From: Candidatus Kaiserbacteria bacterium RIFCSPHIGHO2_01_FULL_55_37
GTDB taxonomy: Bacteria; Patescibacteriota; Minisyncoccia; Phycocordibacterales; UBA2100
Assembly: GCA_001781175.1 (NCBI GenBank)
Contig: MFKY01000048.1
Coordinates: forward strand, 1-58,477
Reading direction: 5' to 3'
DNA length: 58,477 nucleotides
In this document: positions 43,537-52,805 of the stretch, in pieces
Layout of the letters: the number at the start of each line of letters is the position of its first letter
Numbering within the stretch: the first letter of the stretch is position 1
The notes under the pieces: generated by a model
The model's input: the letters and a program-made list of their open reading frames with translations, nothing else
Database searches by the model: none
Told to the model about the DNA's origin: nothing
Made by a program: the position numbers and the translations under genes

Positions 43537-44094
43537 CTATGTGCCCGATTGCCATGCCGCGATGAAGTCGAATTGGTGAAGCAAATTGACGATGTTGAGT
43601 GTGAGATTGTCGCGTATCTCGTACGCTACCCACAGCTCCAGGAAAAGCGCGAGCGCTATCACTGACCACACGGGCCATTTCCGTGCCGCGAGAAATCCGG
43701 CTACCATCGCCACGGTGTCCGATACGGAATTGATGATACTGTCGCCGGTGTATCCCTGCGCGAGCGCCTGCTCGCGATAATGCTGGATGACCGTCGGTGT
43801 GTTTTCCGCTATCTCCCAGGCAATCTCTACTCCCATTGCCATGAGAAGCCGCGCCCACACCGATATTCTCGGAAACAAAAATGTAAAGAGCGCATAAAAA
43901 AGAATGCCGTGAATGATATGCGAAAAGGTGTACCAATCAGTCAGGTGTTGTGAGTTGCCGGCCGATAGCACGACACCCTCCCACAGCTTCACATAACCGC
44001 AGGTGCATATCGCGGGCTGGCCGAAAAGAAAAAGCACGGATGCCTGCACGGCAACGAGGAGAGCGGCGCCGAGCATGTACGCCCGGGTGTTCAT
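43537..44094 (-). CDS. DUF2585 (UPF0314) membrane protein
   Basis: CTCGYVKLWEGVVLSAGNSQHLTDWYTFSHIIHGILFY. Confidence 0.7.
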   Translation of the reverse strand: MNTRAYMLGAALLVAVQASVLFLFGQPAICTCGYVKLWEGVVLSAGNSQHLTDWYTFSHIIHGILFYALFTFLFPRISVWARLLMAMGVEIAWEIAENTPTVIQHYREQALAQGYTGDSIINSVSDTVAMVAGFLAARKWPVWSVIALALFLELWVAYEIRDNLTLNIVNLLHQFDFIAAWQSGT

Positions 44095-44330
44095 GGACGC
44101 AGGAATGCGGTCCCCGCTTCAAATCCGCTGCGGATCCAATCTATCTGCGCGAACCACGGTCCCAGGATGCCGAGTGCAATGGTCGCGATGATGGCGGAGC
44201 CTACGAAGAAACCGATTCCGTAGACGATGCCGACCACAAACATGCGGGAAATAGAATTCTGTCGCGCCACTTGCCGGTTGAGCAAATCCAGATGCTCGAT
44301 TATTTTGTTGTGCTGGTCTTCGGGCCCCAT
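44091..44330 (-). CDS. DUF5665-like small membrane protein
   Basis: IIEHLDLLNRQVARQNS...VVGIVYGIGFFVGSAIIATIALGIL. Confidence 0.5.
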   Translation of the reverse strand: MGPEDQHNKIIEHLDLLNRQVARQNSISRMFVVGIVYGIGFFVGSAIIATIALGILGPWFAQIDWIRSGFEAGTAFLRP

Positions 44331-44358
44331 GTCACTGCAGTATATCAAATCTGCGGGC

Positions 44359-45057
44359 CTACACCTCCACCGACCTGAAGTCCGGCGGAAGCGGCGCTTG
44401 GAAGGTTTCTCTCTTCCCGTCAAGGGTCAGAGAAATACTTGCGGCATGCAAGGCGGGACGCGTAAAACCGAGGAGAAGTGCGCGATCGGGCGCGTATAGG
44501 TGGTCGGAGACGATGGGATGACCAATGGAGACGAGATGAACGCGGATTTGGTGAGTGCGACCGGTAAGGGGGTGGACTTCTATATATGCGGCTTCTTCAA
44601 GTTGCTTCAACAGCCGCCAGCCGGTAATGGCCGCGCGTTTATTTGTCTCCTCACATGCACGGGCATACCACCTACGCGGTGGTTCGGAACTGCGCTTGAT
44701 CTCCGCGGTAACTCTCCCCTCCTCTGACTCCATCCGCCCGTACACATACGCGCGGTAGATTTTTTCTACGCGGCGCTCCTTGAACTCGCTTTTGAGATAC
44801 GCGTACATTGCGTTTGTTTTTGCAACCACCATGATACCGCTCGTCGTTCTGTCGAGCCAGTGCACGATGCCGGGGAGAAGAATGCGTTCACCCTGCGGAG
44901 ATATCCACGGCCCCCCCACGCTTTCGAGCACGGGATAATTCTGCAGTATCCAACCGGCGACCGACGGCTCCTCGGTGCGCCCGTCGCTGTGTACGATGAG
45001 CCCGGCCGGTTTATCCAGAACCAGTATTTCATCCGTTTCTGCAATTACCCTTGGCAC
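44359..45057 (-). CDS. RluA-family pseudouridine synthase
   Basis: LVLDKPAGLIVH, HWLDRTTSGIMVVAKT, and GRTHQIRVH. Confidence 0.9.
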   Translation of the reverse strand: MPRVIAETDEILVLDKPAGLIVHSDGRTEEPSVAGWILQNYPVLESVGGPWISPQGERILLPGIVHWLDRTTSGIMVVAKTNAMYAYLKSEFKERRVEKIYRAYVYGRMESEEGRVTAEIKRSSEPPRRWYARACEETNKRAAITGWRLLKQLEEAAYIEVHPLTGRTHQIRVHLVSIGHPIVSDHLYAPDRALLLGFTRPALHAASISLTLDGKRETFQAPLPPDFRSVEV

Positions 45058-45062
45058 AAGTA

Positions 45063-45356
45063 CTATCCGAGCATTTGTTTGCTCTGCTCGGCTATCATTT
45101 TCTCAATACGCCCCTCGAACATCCGCATCATGAGCGGCAGTTTGGCATGAAGCTCGTATTCTTTGTCATGTACTTCGAGCCGGCCCGAGATACTTTTCCC
45201 CTGGATGGAAAAAGCAAAGTGGAGCACGTCTCCCTCCCAGCGTTCTTCTCCGAGCACGACCTTGTCGGCAAGTTGCGGCTTGGCCTCGAGGAGTAATCTC
45301 TCTACCCTCGCGACGGCTTCTTGTCGCGAGAATGAATGCGGGAGCTTCAAATGCAT
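45063..45356 (-). CDS. Polyhydroxyalkanoic-acid-system-like small protein (TIGR02610-like)
   Basis: MHLKLPHSFSRQEAVARVE...WEGDVLHFAFSIQGKSISGRLEVHDKEYELHAKLPLMMRMFEGRIEKMI. Confidence 0.55.
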   Translation of the reverse strand: MHLKLPHSFSRQEAVARVERLLLEAKPQLADKVVLGEERWEGDVLHFAFSIQGKSISGRLEVHDKEYELHAKLPLMMRMFEGRIEKMIAEQSKQMLG

Positions 45357-45358
45357 GA

Positions 45359-46477
45359 TTATGTAGTCCCGAACCGGCGACGGTCGAAGAGGTACGAGAT
45401 GAACGCAAGCGCGGCGAAGATGGCCGGTATCCAGTAGCCCGGCAAGTAGAGTTGCGCCATCTCCCAAAGGCTTATCCATTGAACACTGACCGTTCCGTTA
45501 ACGGTGGCGACGTTATCAAGCAGTGCCTGGTCTTGCGTCTTTACCGCCTTTTGCCAATCTTTGGCAGACTTGATATTGGCGTCGGCATTCTTGAGCTGTA
45601 CCCCATACGACGCATTCTCGTTGTTCAGCTGCGCCCGGAGCAACAACAGGTCGTTGGATACAGCTTGTATTTGTGCGTATATCTGCGTCTGCTGCACGGG
45701 ATCGCCGGTATTCGAGAGTGACGCACGCAAACTTGCCAATTGTTGCGTGTCACTGTCTATCTGTGATTGGTACGACTTCAGGGTGGTTGCGTGCGAGCTG
45801 ACCAATTTCTGCCTGGCTGTTTCATAACCGGCAAGCGAGGTGTCGGCCTGCTTTTGCTGTTCTTCGATGCTCTGCTTTTGCGGCAAAAGATTCTGGGATG
45901 AAATATTGACCGTAAGGAATCGGCTGTCCACGAGACTCTCCAACTCCGCACGGAACGCCTCGTACTTGCTCTGTGGAATGACGAAGCTTACATAACCTGA
46001 CCTCGGAGTACTCGATTCCTGATCAATGCGACCGTCGTAGCCGCGCACTGTCGTCTCCACACGGCGCGTGAGCCCCTGCACATCGCGGGTTTGCATCGAG
46101 GAGTTGTAATTCACCTTCAAAAATTCGCGCGTATCCGTGACCGGGACGTTGGGATTATAGTCCGGAGCCGGCGGCGGATAGTACACGCGCGAATCCGCAG
46201 TACCTCGCGCCATCATGGTTCCCTGTACCGACACAGGCGCGCCTGAAGACTCCGCGTAGTTCACCTGGATTCCTTGAGGAACTGCCGGGTCGGTTGAAGT
46301 AACTTTGAAAGTCGAGCCCGTAAATCCTTCCATCATCTGCGGCACGTAGTACTGCGCGTTGGGCTGTGCAATCGCGATGAAAGTGCCGACCGCAAGAAGC
46401 GCAAGAATAATGGTGAGCCATGAAACGCGGCGCGGATGTGCGACGTGTAATGGAGCGGATGTTTGATTATCAGTCAT
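45359..46477 (-). CDS. DUF4349-like protein (N- and C-terminal TM helices, coiled coil)
   Basis: 372 aa with anchors at both ends and a central Q-rich coiled coil. Confidence 0.6.
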   Translation of the reverse strand: MTDNQTSAPLHVAHPRRVSWLTIILALLAVGTFIAIAQPNAQYYVPQMMEGFTGSTFKVTSTDPAVPQGIQVNYAESSGAPVSVQGTMMARGTADSRVYYPPPAPDYNPNVPVTDTREFLKVNYNSSMQTRDVQGLTRRVETTVRGYDGRIDQESSTPRSGYVSFVIPQSKYEAFRAELESLVDSRFLTVNISSQNLLPQKQSIEEQQKQADTSLAGYETARQKLVSSHATTLKSYQSQIDSDTQQLASLRASLSNTGDPVQQTQIYAQIQAVSNDLLLLRAQLNNENASYGVQLKNADANIKSAKDWQKAVKTQDQALLDNVATVNGTVSVQWISLWEMAQLYLPGYWIPAIFAALAFISYLFDRRRFGTT

Positions 46478-46505
46478 AGCAAAATCCTACCACACGAAAT
46501 GAAGC

Positions 46506-46775
46506 TTACGCTTTCGGACCCCCGCCTCCCATGATGTCTTTGGTCTGAATAGGACTCTGGATGCCGGGCTTCCACTCCGCATTGATAACGCCGAACTGCT
46601 TTTCATAATCTGCGGTCTGGTGCGCGAGGTACTGCGCGAGGCGCTTCATATGCTGGGGCGTGAGCGCGTAGGCGATGCCGTTCTCGCCCGTGAGCATGCT
46701 CATCACAAAGAACTCCTGAGAGAACGCGCACGCGATATTCTCGCAGAACTGTTTGGGGATTTTGTTCATGTCCAT
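46506..46775 (-). CDS. DUF3467-like protein
   Basis: FCENIACAFSQEFFVMSML...LTPQHMKRLAQYLAHQTADYEKQFG. Confidence 0.6.
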   Translation of the reverse strand: MDMNKIPKQFCENIACAFSQEFFVMSMLTGENGIAYALTPQHMKRLAQYLAHQTADYEKQFGVINAEWKPGIQSPIQTKDIMGGGGPKA

Positions 46776-46824
46776 TTCGCGATTGTAGACCTAAAAGCGG
46801 GAATCCGCTAGTGGAATAATTAAC

Positions 46825-46846
46825 GCACCGCCCAACTGGGCGGTGC
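46825..46846 (-). terminator. Rho-independent terminator
   Basis: GCACCGCCC / GGGCGGTGC 9-bp stem with a 4-nt loop. On the minus strand GTTAATTATT follows. Confidence 0.65.
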
Positions 46847-46868
46847 GGGGATTTCAACTATGCGGCGG

Positions 46869-47657
46869 CTATCTGTTCTGTCCGCTCGACGAGAGCGCGC
46901 TTATACCCGGGAAAACGACCCATGCCCAAATGAAGAGATATATGAAGGCCGGCGCGTACCATGTGTGCATGTACGCGATGACCATACCGATGAGCACCTG
47001 CGCGACGAACCCGAGCCCGAGCGAAATCGCGCGCATTCTGAGCGGCGCTTGGGACCCGAAACCTTTGTAAATAAGATATAGTCCGAAGAAGCCCGAGGTA
47101 ATGATGCTTGCGAACGTGTAGAAGTGCGAGAAGAGCGGGTCGGCCGAGATAAGTGGATATTCAGAGCCCGGGATGTAAGCGAGGTGGTCAGGGAATACCG
47201 CCGAGAACGCGAGCGCGGCTACCATGAGGATAACGGTGAAGATGGTCGCCTTGGTCTTCAGGCGGGGGGCAAAGAAGGTCGTCGCAATGCGCGCTGCGAT
47301 AACGACCGTGGTAGCGAGGAAAATATGAGCCGTCCAGTGCGTGACCGTGAGGGTCTGCAAGCTCGCCCCACCCATGATGAGTAGTACGTGCGGGAACAGG
47401 TCAACCACCCAAAACGCGCAGAGGGTCACGAAATACCACTGCAGCTGCTTCAATACCTCCCCCTGCTGACCCGCCGGCGCGCCCGGACTTTTCCTCGCCC
47501 GATAGAGGCGATATGCGATAAAGCCTGCGAGCGAGGAGCCGACGACGAAAATAAATCCGATACCCGGAACCGGCGGCATATTGCCGGTAAAAAAGAGCGC
47601 CTCCATCGCTCCGAGCATTGCGAGTGATACCGCAACGAATTTGAATGTAATGCTCAT
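46869..47657 (-). CDS. Polytopic membrane protein, hypothetical
   Basis: About seven hydrophobic helices. Start chosen at MSITFKF. Confidence 0.6.
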   Translation of the reverse strand: MSITFKFVAVSLAMLGAMEALFFTGNMPPVPGIGFIFVVGSSLAGFIAYRLYRARKSPGAPAGQQGEVLKQLQWYFVTLCAFWVVDLFPHVLLIMGGASLQTLTVTHWTAHIFLATTVVIAARIATTFFAPRLKTKATIFTVILMVAALAFSAVFPDHLAYIPGSEYPLISADPLFSHFYTFASIITSGFFGLYLIYKGFGSQAPLRMRAISLGLGFVAQVLIGMVIAYMHTWYAPAFIYLFIWAWVVFPGISALSSSGQNR

Positions 47658-47780
47658 ATATTCAAAAAGTATACCGTGCGTGAATGCACACAAACGTGTT
47701 ATCCCCAATCCGGGGTGCGGAGTGGACGGGATACGCGAAGAGCCGCGCCATCGGCGCGGCTCTTTCAAAAAACCTTACAA

Positions 47781-48257
47781 TTAGTTCACCCTCGTGAAGG
47801 AGAGTATGTTGCCCCGGCCGCTCAAATGCACAAGCACGAGCTTGTCCGCGGTCGTATCTGCAGACACCGAGAAGTAGTACGTCTGGCCATCCAAGACAAG
47901 CTTCAGGAACGTCGCGCCGCCGACCGCCGGAAATTGGAACGGCTCAGCCGTGACGTCGACGACCTGCGACCACGTGCCGTTTGCGGTTGCCGATGCGTCC
48001 CCCTCGTACGTGTCGGTCACCGTGCCATCCGCACGGAACTCACGGGTAAACTTGGCGTCGTCGGTGCTCTTCCACTTCCCGACCGCGCGCCCCGCCTCGG
48101 GAGACATCTTCGCCTGTGCAGACTGAGGAGTCTGAGCGGTCTCGGTCCCGGTCTGGACCGCTTCCGGAGCAGCCGCCTTACTGTTGTTTATAAACCAGTA
48201 TGCCCCTCCGGCGAGCAAAAGCACGATGATACCTATCAGTACTCCTTTGCTATCCAT
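47781..48257 (-). CDS. Membrane-anchored extracytoplasmic protein, hypothetical
   Basis: TM helix GVLIGIIVLLLAGGAYWF followed by a ~120-aa beta-rich domain. Confidence 0.6.
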   Translation of the reverse strand: MDSKGVLIGIIVLLLAGGAYWFINNSKAAAPEAVQTGTETAQTPQSAQAKMSPEAGRAVGKWKSTDDAKFTREFRADGTVTDTYEGDASATANGTWSQVVDVTAEPFQFPAVGGATFLKLVLDGQTYYFSVSADTTADKLVLVHLSGRGNILSFTRVN

Positions 48258-48267
48258 ACAATATTGA

Positions 48268-48657
48268 TTATTTTTCTTCTAAGTTTAAACATACTGAGTT
48301 TATACAAAATCTTCTTCCTGTCGAGGTTGGACCATCGTCGAAGACGTGCCCCAAATGCGAGCCGCATCGCGCGCACGTAATCTCGATTCTCTCCATCCCC
48401 AATGTCCCATCGCGATGCTGCTCAATAGCGCCAGGAAGTGCCGCATCAAAAGATGGCCACCCGGTACCCGAATCAAATTTTGTATCGGAAGAAAAAAGCG
48501 GATTGCCGCACGCCTTGCATTCATACGTCCCATCAGCTTTTTCATGCACGTACTCGCCGGAAAAGGGCGCCTCGGTCTCCTTCTCGCGAAGAACCGCATA
48601 TTCTTCGGGTGTGAGCGTCTGCTTGAATCCTTCCTCACCGTCTGGTATCTGCTTCAT
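48268..48657 (-). CDS. msrB: Peptide-methionine (R)-S-oxide reductase
   Basis: CKACGNPLF...GWPSF...CARCGSHLGHVFDDGP...RFCINS. Confidence 0.92.
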   Translation of the reverse strand: MKQIPDGEEGFKQTLTPEEYAVLREKETEAPFSGEYVHEKADGTYECKACGNPLFSSDTKFDSGTGWPSFDAALPGAIEQHRDGTLGMERIEITCARCGSHLGHVFDDGPTSTGRRFCINSVCLNLEEK

Positions 48658-48677
48658 TCCCTCAGTATATCAAAAGG

Positions 48678-50462
48678 CTATTCCTTGCGTCGCGCGCGGG
48701 AACGGTCGATGTCCGTCAATTGCTGCTTGCGCAGGCGGACGGAGACAGGCGTAATTTCCAGGTATTCATCTTCCGCCATCACTTCGAGTCCGCGCTCGAT
48801 GGTGAGCTGGAACGGAGGAATGAGTGTAAGCGCTTCGTCGGTACCCGATGAGCGGACGTTGGTGAGATTTTTGTTCTTGGTCGGATTGACCGACATCTCC
48901 TCGCCCTTCGAGGTATTGCCGATGACCATCCCTTCATACACTTCGGTGGCGGCAGGAATGTAGAGAACCCCGCGGTCCTGCAAGTTCCAGAGCGAGTAAC
49001 CGAGTGCTTTGCCGGAAGCCATGGATATCATCGAACCCACCTGCCTCTTCTTTATCTCCCCTGCGAACGGCCGGAAACCGACGACACGCGAAGAAATGAT
49101 GCCCTCGCCTTTTGTATCCAGCACGAATTGGTTGCGGTACCCCAAGAGCCCGCGCGTCGGACCCTCGAAAATGAGGCGCACCTGATTTTCATGCACTTTC
49201 AGGTCTTTCATGACGAATTTGCGCGTACCGAGACGTTCGATGATGGCGCCCTGATATGTCGCGGGTGTGTCGACGACGACTTCTTCGTACGGTTCGAGTT
49301 TCTTTCCGTCCGCCTCGTGGAAAATCACCCGCGGCTGCGAGACCTGCATTTCGTATCCCTCGCGGCGCATGTTCTCGAGTAAAATAGCGATGTGAAGCTC
49401 GCCCCGGCCGGAGACGTGTGAGACGTCGCCGGAATCGAAGTCCACCTTGAGACCGACGTTGACCTCGAGCTCGCGCTCCAAGCGCTCCCGCAGTTGGCGC
49501 GACGTCACGTATTTGCCTTCGCGCCCGGCAAACGGAGAATTGTTGACGATAAAATTGAGCGTGATGGTCGGCTCATCGATGGCGATAGCCGGCAGCGGCT
49601 CAGCGTCAATGCTCGTAGTGATGGTCTCACCGATGAAGATATCCGGCAGACCCGCAATCATGACAATGTCACCGGAAGTGACTTCTTGCGCTTCAGCTTT
49701 CTTCAGTCCCTTGAACGTGAACATCTTCGTAATCTTCCCGCCCCGCATCTCGCCCGTCGGCTTTTTTACGAAGACAGGGTCTCCCATCTTGAGCACACCC
49801 TCGTACACGCGCGCAACTGCGAGTCGCCCGAGGAAATTGTCGTACCCGAGATTGAACGGCTGGAGTCGTGCGGGTACGTTCGCATCCGACGAGGAAGACG
49901 GCACGTGAGCAAGGATGGTGTCCAAAAGAGGCGTGAGGTCCGTGGAATCGTCATCGAGCTTCCGCTTGGCAATCCCCTGTTTGCCTATCGAGTAAACTAC
50001 CGGGAAGTCCGCTTGCGCATCGGAGGCACCGAGTTCGAGAAAAAGTTCTAGCACCTGTTCTTCCGTACGTGCCGGGTCGGCCGCCGGTTTGTCAATTTTA
50101 TTAATGACGACGATGGGCTTGATGCCGAGCTCCAGCGATTTCTTGAGGACGAATCGCGTCTGCGGCATCGGACCTTCCTGCGCGTCTACGACAAGCAAGA
50201 CCGAGTCGATGCTCCGCAGTACGCGCTCCACCTCGCTGCCGAAATCGGCGTGACCGGGAGTATCAACGATATTTATCTTCGTGTCATTGTAGTAAACAGC
50301 GGCGTTTTTTGAATAAATGGTGATGCCACGCTCGAGCTCGAGCGCGTTTGAATCCATCGAGACGCCCTCCTCGGCGACGCCCATTTGCCGCAAAAGTGCG
50401 TCGGTCAACGTTGTTTTCCCATGATCCACGTGGGCAATAATTGCAATGTTTCTAATTTCCAT
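48678..50462 (-). CDS. typA: Translational GTPase TypA/BipA
   Basis: [28 protein letters not shown], and NKID. The upstream 48 codons of the ORF are leader, not protein. Confidence 0.93.
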   Translation of the reverse strand: MEIRNIAIIAHVDHGKTTLTDALLRQMGVAEEGVSMDSNALELERGITIYSKNAAVYYNDTKINIVDTPGHADFGSEVERVLRSIDSVLLVVDAQEGPMPQTRFVLKKSLELGIKPIVVINKIDKPAADPARTEEQVLELFLELGASDAQADFPVVYSIGKQGIAKRKLDDDSTDLTPLLDTILAHVPSSSSDANVPARLQPFNLGYDNFLGRLAVARVYEGVLKMGDPVFVKKPTGEMRGGKITKMFTFKGLKKAEAQEVTSGDIVMIAGLPDIFIGETITTSIDAEPLPAIAIDEPTITLNFIVNNSPFAGREGKYVTSRQLRERLERELEVNVGLKVDFDSGDVSHVSGRGELHIAILLENMRREGYEMQVSQPRVIFHEADGKKLEPYEEVVVDTPATYQGAIIERLGTRKFVMKDLKVHENQVRLIFEGPTRGLLGYRNQFVLDTKGEGIISSRVVGFRPFAGEIKKRQVGSMISMASGKALGYSLWNLQDRGVLYIPAATEVYEGMVIGNTSKGEEMSVNPTKNKNLTNVRSSGTDEALTLIPPFQLTIERGLEVMAEDEYLEITPVSVRLRKQQLTDIDRSRARRKE

Positions 50463-50570
50463 AGGTATGAGAGCCTTGTGCTTCGAAGCTGCCCCCGCTT
50501 CGCCAAGGCTACGCAGGGTACTTCTCGAAGTCTTGCCGCGCCTCGCAGCACAGCAATACTGGCGGAGAAG

Positions 50571-50593
50571 TAAAAATGCCCCGAAGCCGAGGC
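50571..50593 (-). terminator. Rho-independent terminator
   Basis: On the minus strand, GCCTCG-gctt-CGGGGC followed by ATTTTTAC. Confidence 0.5.
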
Positions 50594-50636
50594 ACCGTGG
50601 CTCCATTGTGCCTTAGTTTGCGCTTTCCGTCAACAT

Positions 50637-51059
50637 TTAGTTGACTGTTACAGTGCCTGCGTTATTGCCGTCGGAGTAGTCGAAGCTACCTGACGTGGCG
50701 AATGTGTATTCGAAGTATTCTCCTCGGTCGAGTATGGGAGGCTCCGTACCGGCGAGCGTAAGCTGTAACGGCGCGCTTGTGTTGTTGGTGAAGCGGACCG
50801 TCTCGCCTTTCTTCACACTGAGTGCGTTGGGCGCGAAGCCGCTAGCTGTATACGAGACGAGGTACTGAAAGCCTTTTTGTGCGGACACGTAGTCCTCAGG
50901 TTTCGGCGGCGGGACATACAACTCGGCGGGCTGTTGTTCTACAACGGGTGCCGGTTGTTGGAAGAGTTTGCGGTTGAAGACAAGCCCGGATACCACAAGA
51001 GCGGCGACGAGCAGACCGAGCCAGAGCAGGTAGCGGTGCGTGGAGTGCGTCTCAGGCAT
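50637..51059 (-). CDS. Membrane-anchored cupredoxin-fold-like protein (no obvious Cu ligands)
   Basis: TM helix, then GFAPNALSVKKGETVRFTNNTSAPLQL. Start chosen at MPETH. Confidence 0.5.
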   Translation of the reverse strand: MPETHSTHRYLLWLGLLVAALVVSGLVFNRKLFQQPAPVVEQQPAELYVPPPKPEDYVSAQKGFQYLVSYTASGFAPNALSVKKGETVRFTNNTSAPLQLTLAGTEPPILDRGEYFEYTFATSGSFDYSDGNNAGTVTVN

Positions 51060-51085
51060 TAAGTAAAGTATACGGCAGTAGAAGA

Positions 51086-51111
51086 GCCGCCGCCCATCAA
51101 GGGGCGGCGGC
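51086..51111 (-). terminator. GC-rich hairpin after the dsbA-like gene
   Basis: GCCGCCGCCC / GGGCGGCGGC 10-bp perfect stem. Confidence 0.55.
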
Positions 51112-51132
51112 GTGTGGACATGTAGCTCAACC

Positions 51133-51855
51133 CTACAGCTGCGGGTCAATGGCCTGCGTAAAGCTCGAGATTTCTGCGGCACCGGGTATCAAGGTCTTCC
51201 CCGTGATGAAGCCCGGAGTTCCGTTGATTCCAAAAGCGCTTCCCTCCGCGCGGTCGGCATCTATTCTCTTTTGGTATTCCGCCTTATTTGCCGCGACGTC
51301 CGCTTTCACCTTGGCCGCGTCCATGCCGGGAATTTTCTTGATGAGCGCGATGATGCTCGCTTCGTCGCCGAAACCGCCGTTCTCTTCATCTTGCGTACGG
51401 AACATCAACTCGTGCCATTCATAAAACTTGCCGGGATACAGTTTCCATACGGCGTTTTTGTACAAGGCGGCGGTCGTCGAGTCCGGTCCGAGAAACGCGT
51501 AATCTTTGAATACAATCTTGAGCTTGCCCGTGTCCACGTAGTCCTTTATGAGGATCGGCAGAGCGGGCTCGATCGGTATTTGCGGTATGCCCCCGACGTC
51601 AACGGCTTTGCAGTACGGGCACTGATAGTCAAACCAGTATGCGAGCACGACTTTTGCGTCCGCCTTGCCGATGAACGGGGCACCTTCGGTCTTCACATCC
51701 TTGATATCCACATTTGCCGCCGGCTGCGTATCGCCTTGCCCGACAGAGCCGCCGCTTTTGGAGAGGCCGAAATAAAGGCCGCCGCCAACGAGCAGACCCG
51801 CAATAATAATGGAGGCCGGGAGGAAAAGCTGCGAGCGGTCGGTGGTCGGTGTCAT
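51133..51855 (-). CDS. DsbA-family thiol:disulfide oxidoreductase, membrane-anchored
   Basis: TM anchor plus WFDYQCPYCKAV (CxxC). Confidence 0.85.
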   Translation of the reverse strand: MTPTTDRSQLFLPASIIIAGLLVGGGLYFGLSKSGGSVGQGDTQPAANVDIKDVKTEGAPFIGKADAKVVLAYWFDYQCPYCKAVDVGGIPQIPIEPALPILIKDYVDTGKLKIVFKDYAFLGPDSTTAALYKNAVWKLYPGKFYEWHELMFRTQDEENGGFGDEASIIALIKKIPGMDAAKVKADVAANKAEYQKRIDADRAEGSAFGINGTPGFITGKTLIPGAAEISSFTQAIDPQL

Positions 51856-51973
51856 AGTCTGCCCATTCTACACTATGTTTCCCGCGTTCGGGTGTTGATA
51901 ACCGACCCTAATTTTCGAGCGTTCTCGCGGCATAACGACATACGATGTCGATAAGGATTGGAAATCGTAGCAC

Positions 51974-52009
51974 AAAAAAATCGACCTCCGCGATACGCCG
52001 CGGAAGTCG
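51974..52009 (-). terminator. Rho-independent terminator
   Basis: On the minus strand, CGACTTCCGCG-gcgtat-CGCGGAGGTCG followed by TTTTTTT. Confidence 0.75.
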
Positions 52010-52046
52010 GAAGCCTCGATTATGGGCCGATGTGGTGGAACAGATT

Positions 52047-52574
52047 TCAGGGACCGGGGTCTCGGACTCTTTCGAGAACGAGGAAAAATAGACAAGGGTC
52101 GTCAAACCTCTCGGGCGCCCCCACCAGCAGGTCGTTGAGACACCGCCCCTCGCCGTGGCGGTTGAGGTACATCGCGCGGCGGTTGACGTAACCGTGCACC
52201 ACGGACACCTGCCCTGCCGCTACGAGCGGCATGACATCATCGAGCTTTGGCCGCGGATTATGGATGGCCGAGTCGATGAGTGGTTTCGATGTTCCGAGGA
52301 TTTTGCCTTCGGCCTCGACTAAGGCCTTCAGCAAGGTCCTTGGTATTTGTACGCCGAAATACCACGCGCTCGCGGCGTAGACGATTTTTCTGGTTTGCTC
52401 ATCCGGAAAATACTCGTCCGTGAGCCACGGCGTACTCCACGTGATGCCCTTCGGGCCCGTGTTCCTTGCGAGCTTCGCCGCAATTTTCTCGCCGTGGTCA
52501 ACCATGAGTTCCCCCAGGTCGACGATTTTTGCCGGCTTTACAATGCCCGGCTTTGTCTGCAGTAATGCCATCAT
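52047..52574 (-). CDS. Hypothetical protein (175 aa), no recognisable motif
   Basis: Clean ORF with its own promoter, leader and terminator. Confidence 0.55.
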   Translation of the reverse strand: MMALLQTKPGIVKPAKIVDLGELMVDHGEKIAAKLARNTGPKGITWSTPWLTDEYFPDEQTRKIVYAASAWYFGVQIPRTLLKALVEAEGKILGTSKPLIDSAIHNPRPKLDDVMPLVAAGQVSVVHGYVNRRAMYLNRHGEGRCLNDLLVGAPERFDDPCLFFLVLERVRDPGP

Positions 52575-52616
52575 GGCATCCTTTCTGCCGTGGCCATTCC
52601 TAGGCCATTCCTAGGA

Positions 52617-52737
52617 TTTGCCACAGCGGAAAATGGCCCATGATATCAAGGCGACGCCTTGATATTTTCTACGGGAAGCCGCTTTCCGCTGTGGCAAAAC
52701 TACCTTCTCTCAAAGAACAACGGTCGAGATTATACCA
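52617..52737 (-). promoter_or_regulatory. Extended -10 promoter plus nested-hairpin 5' leader
   Basis: On the minus strand, TGGTATAAT (52729-52737). The 16-bp arms TTTGCCACAGCGGAAA / TTTCCGCTGTGGCAAA (52617-52632, 52683-52698) enclose ATATCAAGG-cgacg-CCTTGATAT (52643-52665). Confidence 0.55.
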
Positions 52738-52805
52738 CCATATATAGAGAAAACGATGGTGAGTCTGGACACTTAACAGAGCCAGAATATTGGGTTTGAC
52801 CCCAT

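Noticed and set aside
50463-50606. 48-codon N-terminal extension of TypA, and the 14-codon extension of the giant ORF (13912-13953)
   Set aside because: The conserved proteins start at [11 protein letters not shown] and at the signal peptide, respectively. The upstream codons overlap hairpin/leader or terminator structures.
51112-51954. 280-aa plus-strand ORF
   Set aside because: It is antisense to the DsbA-like gene (CPYC motif plus TM anchor) and has no motifs.
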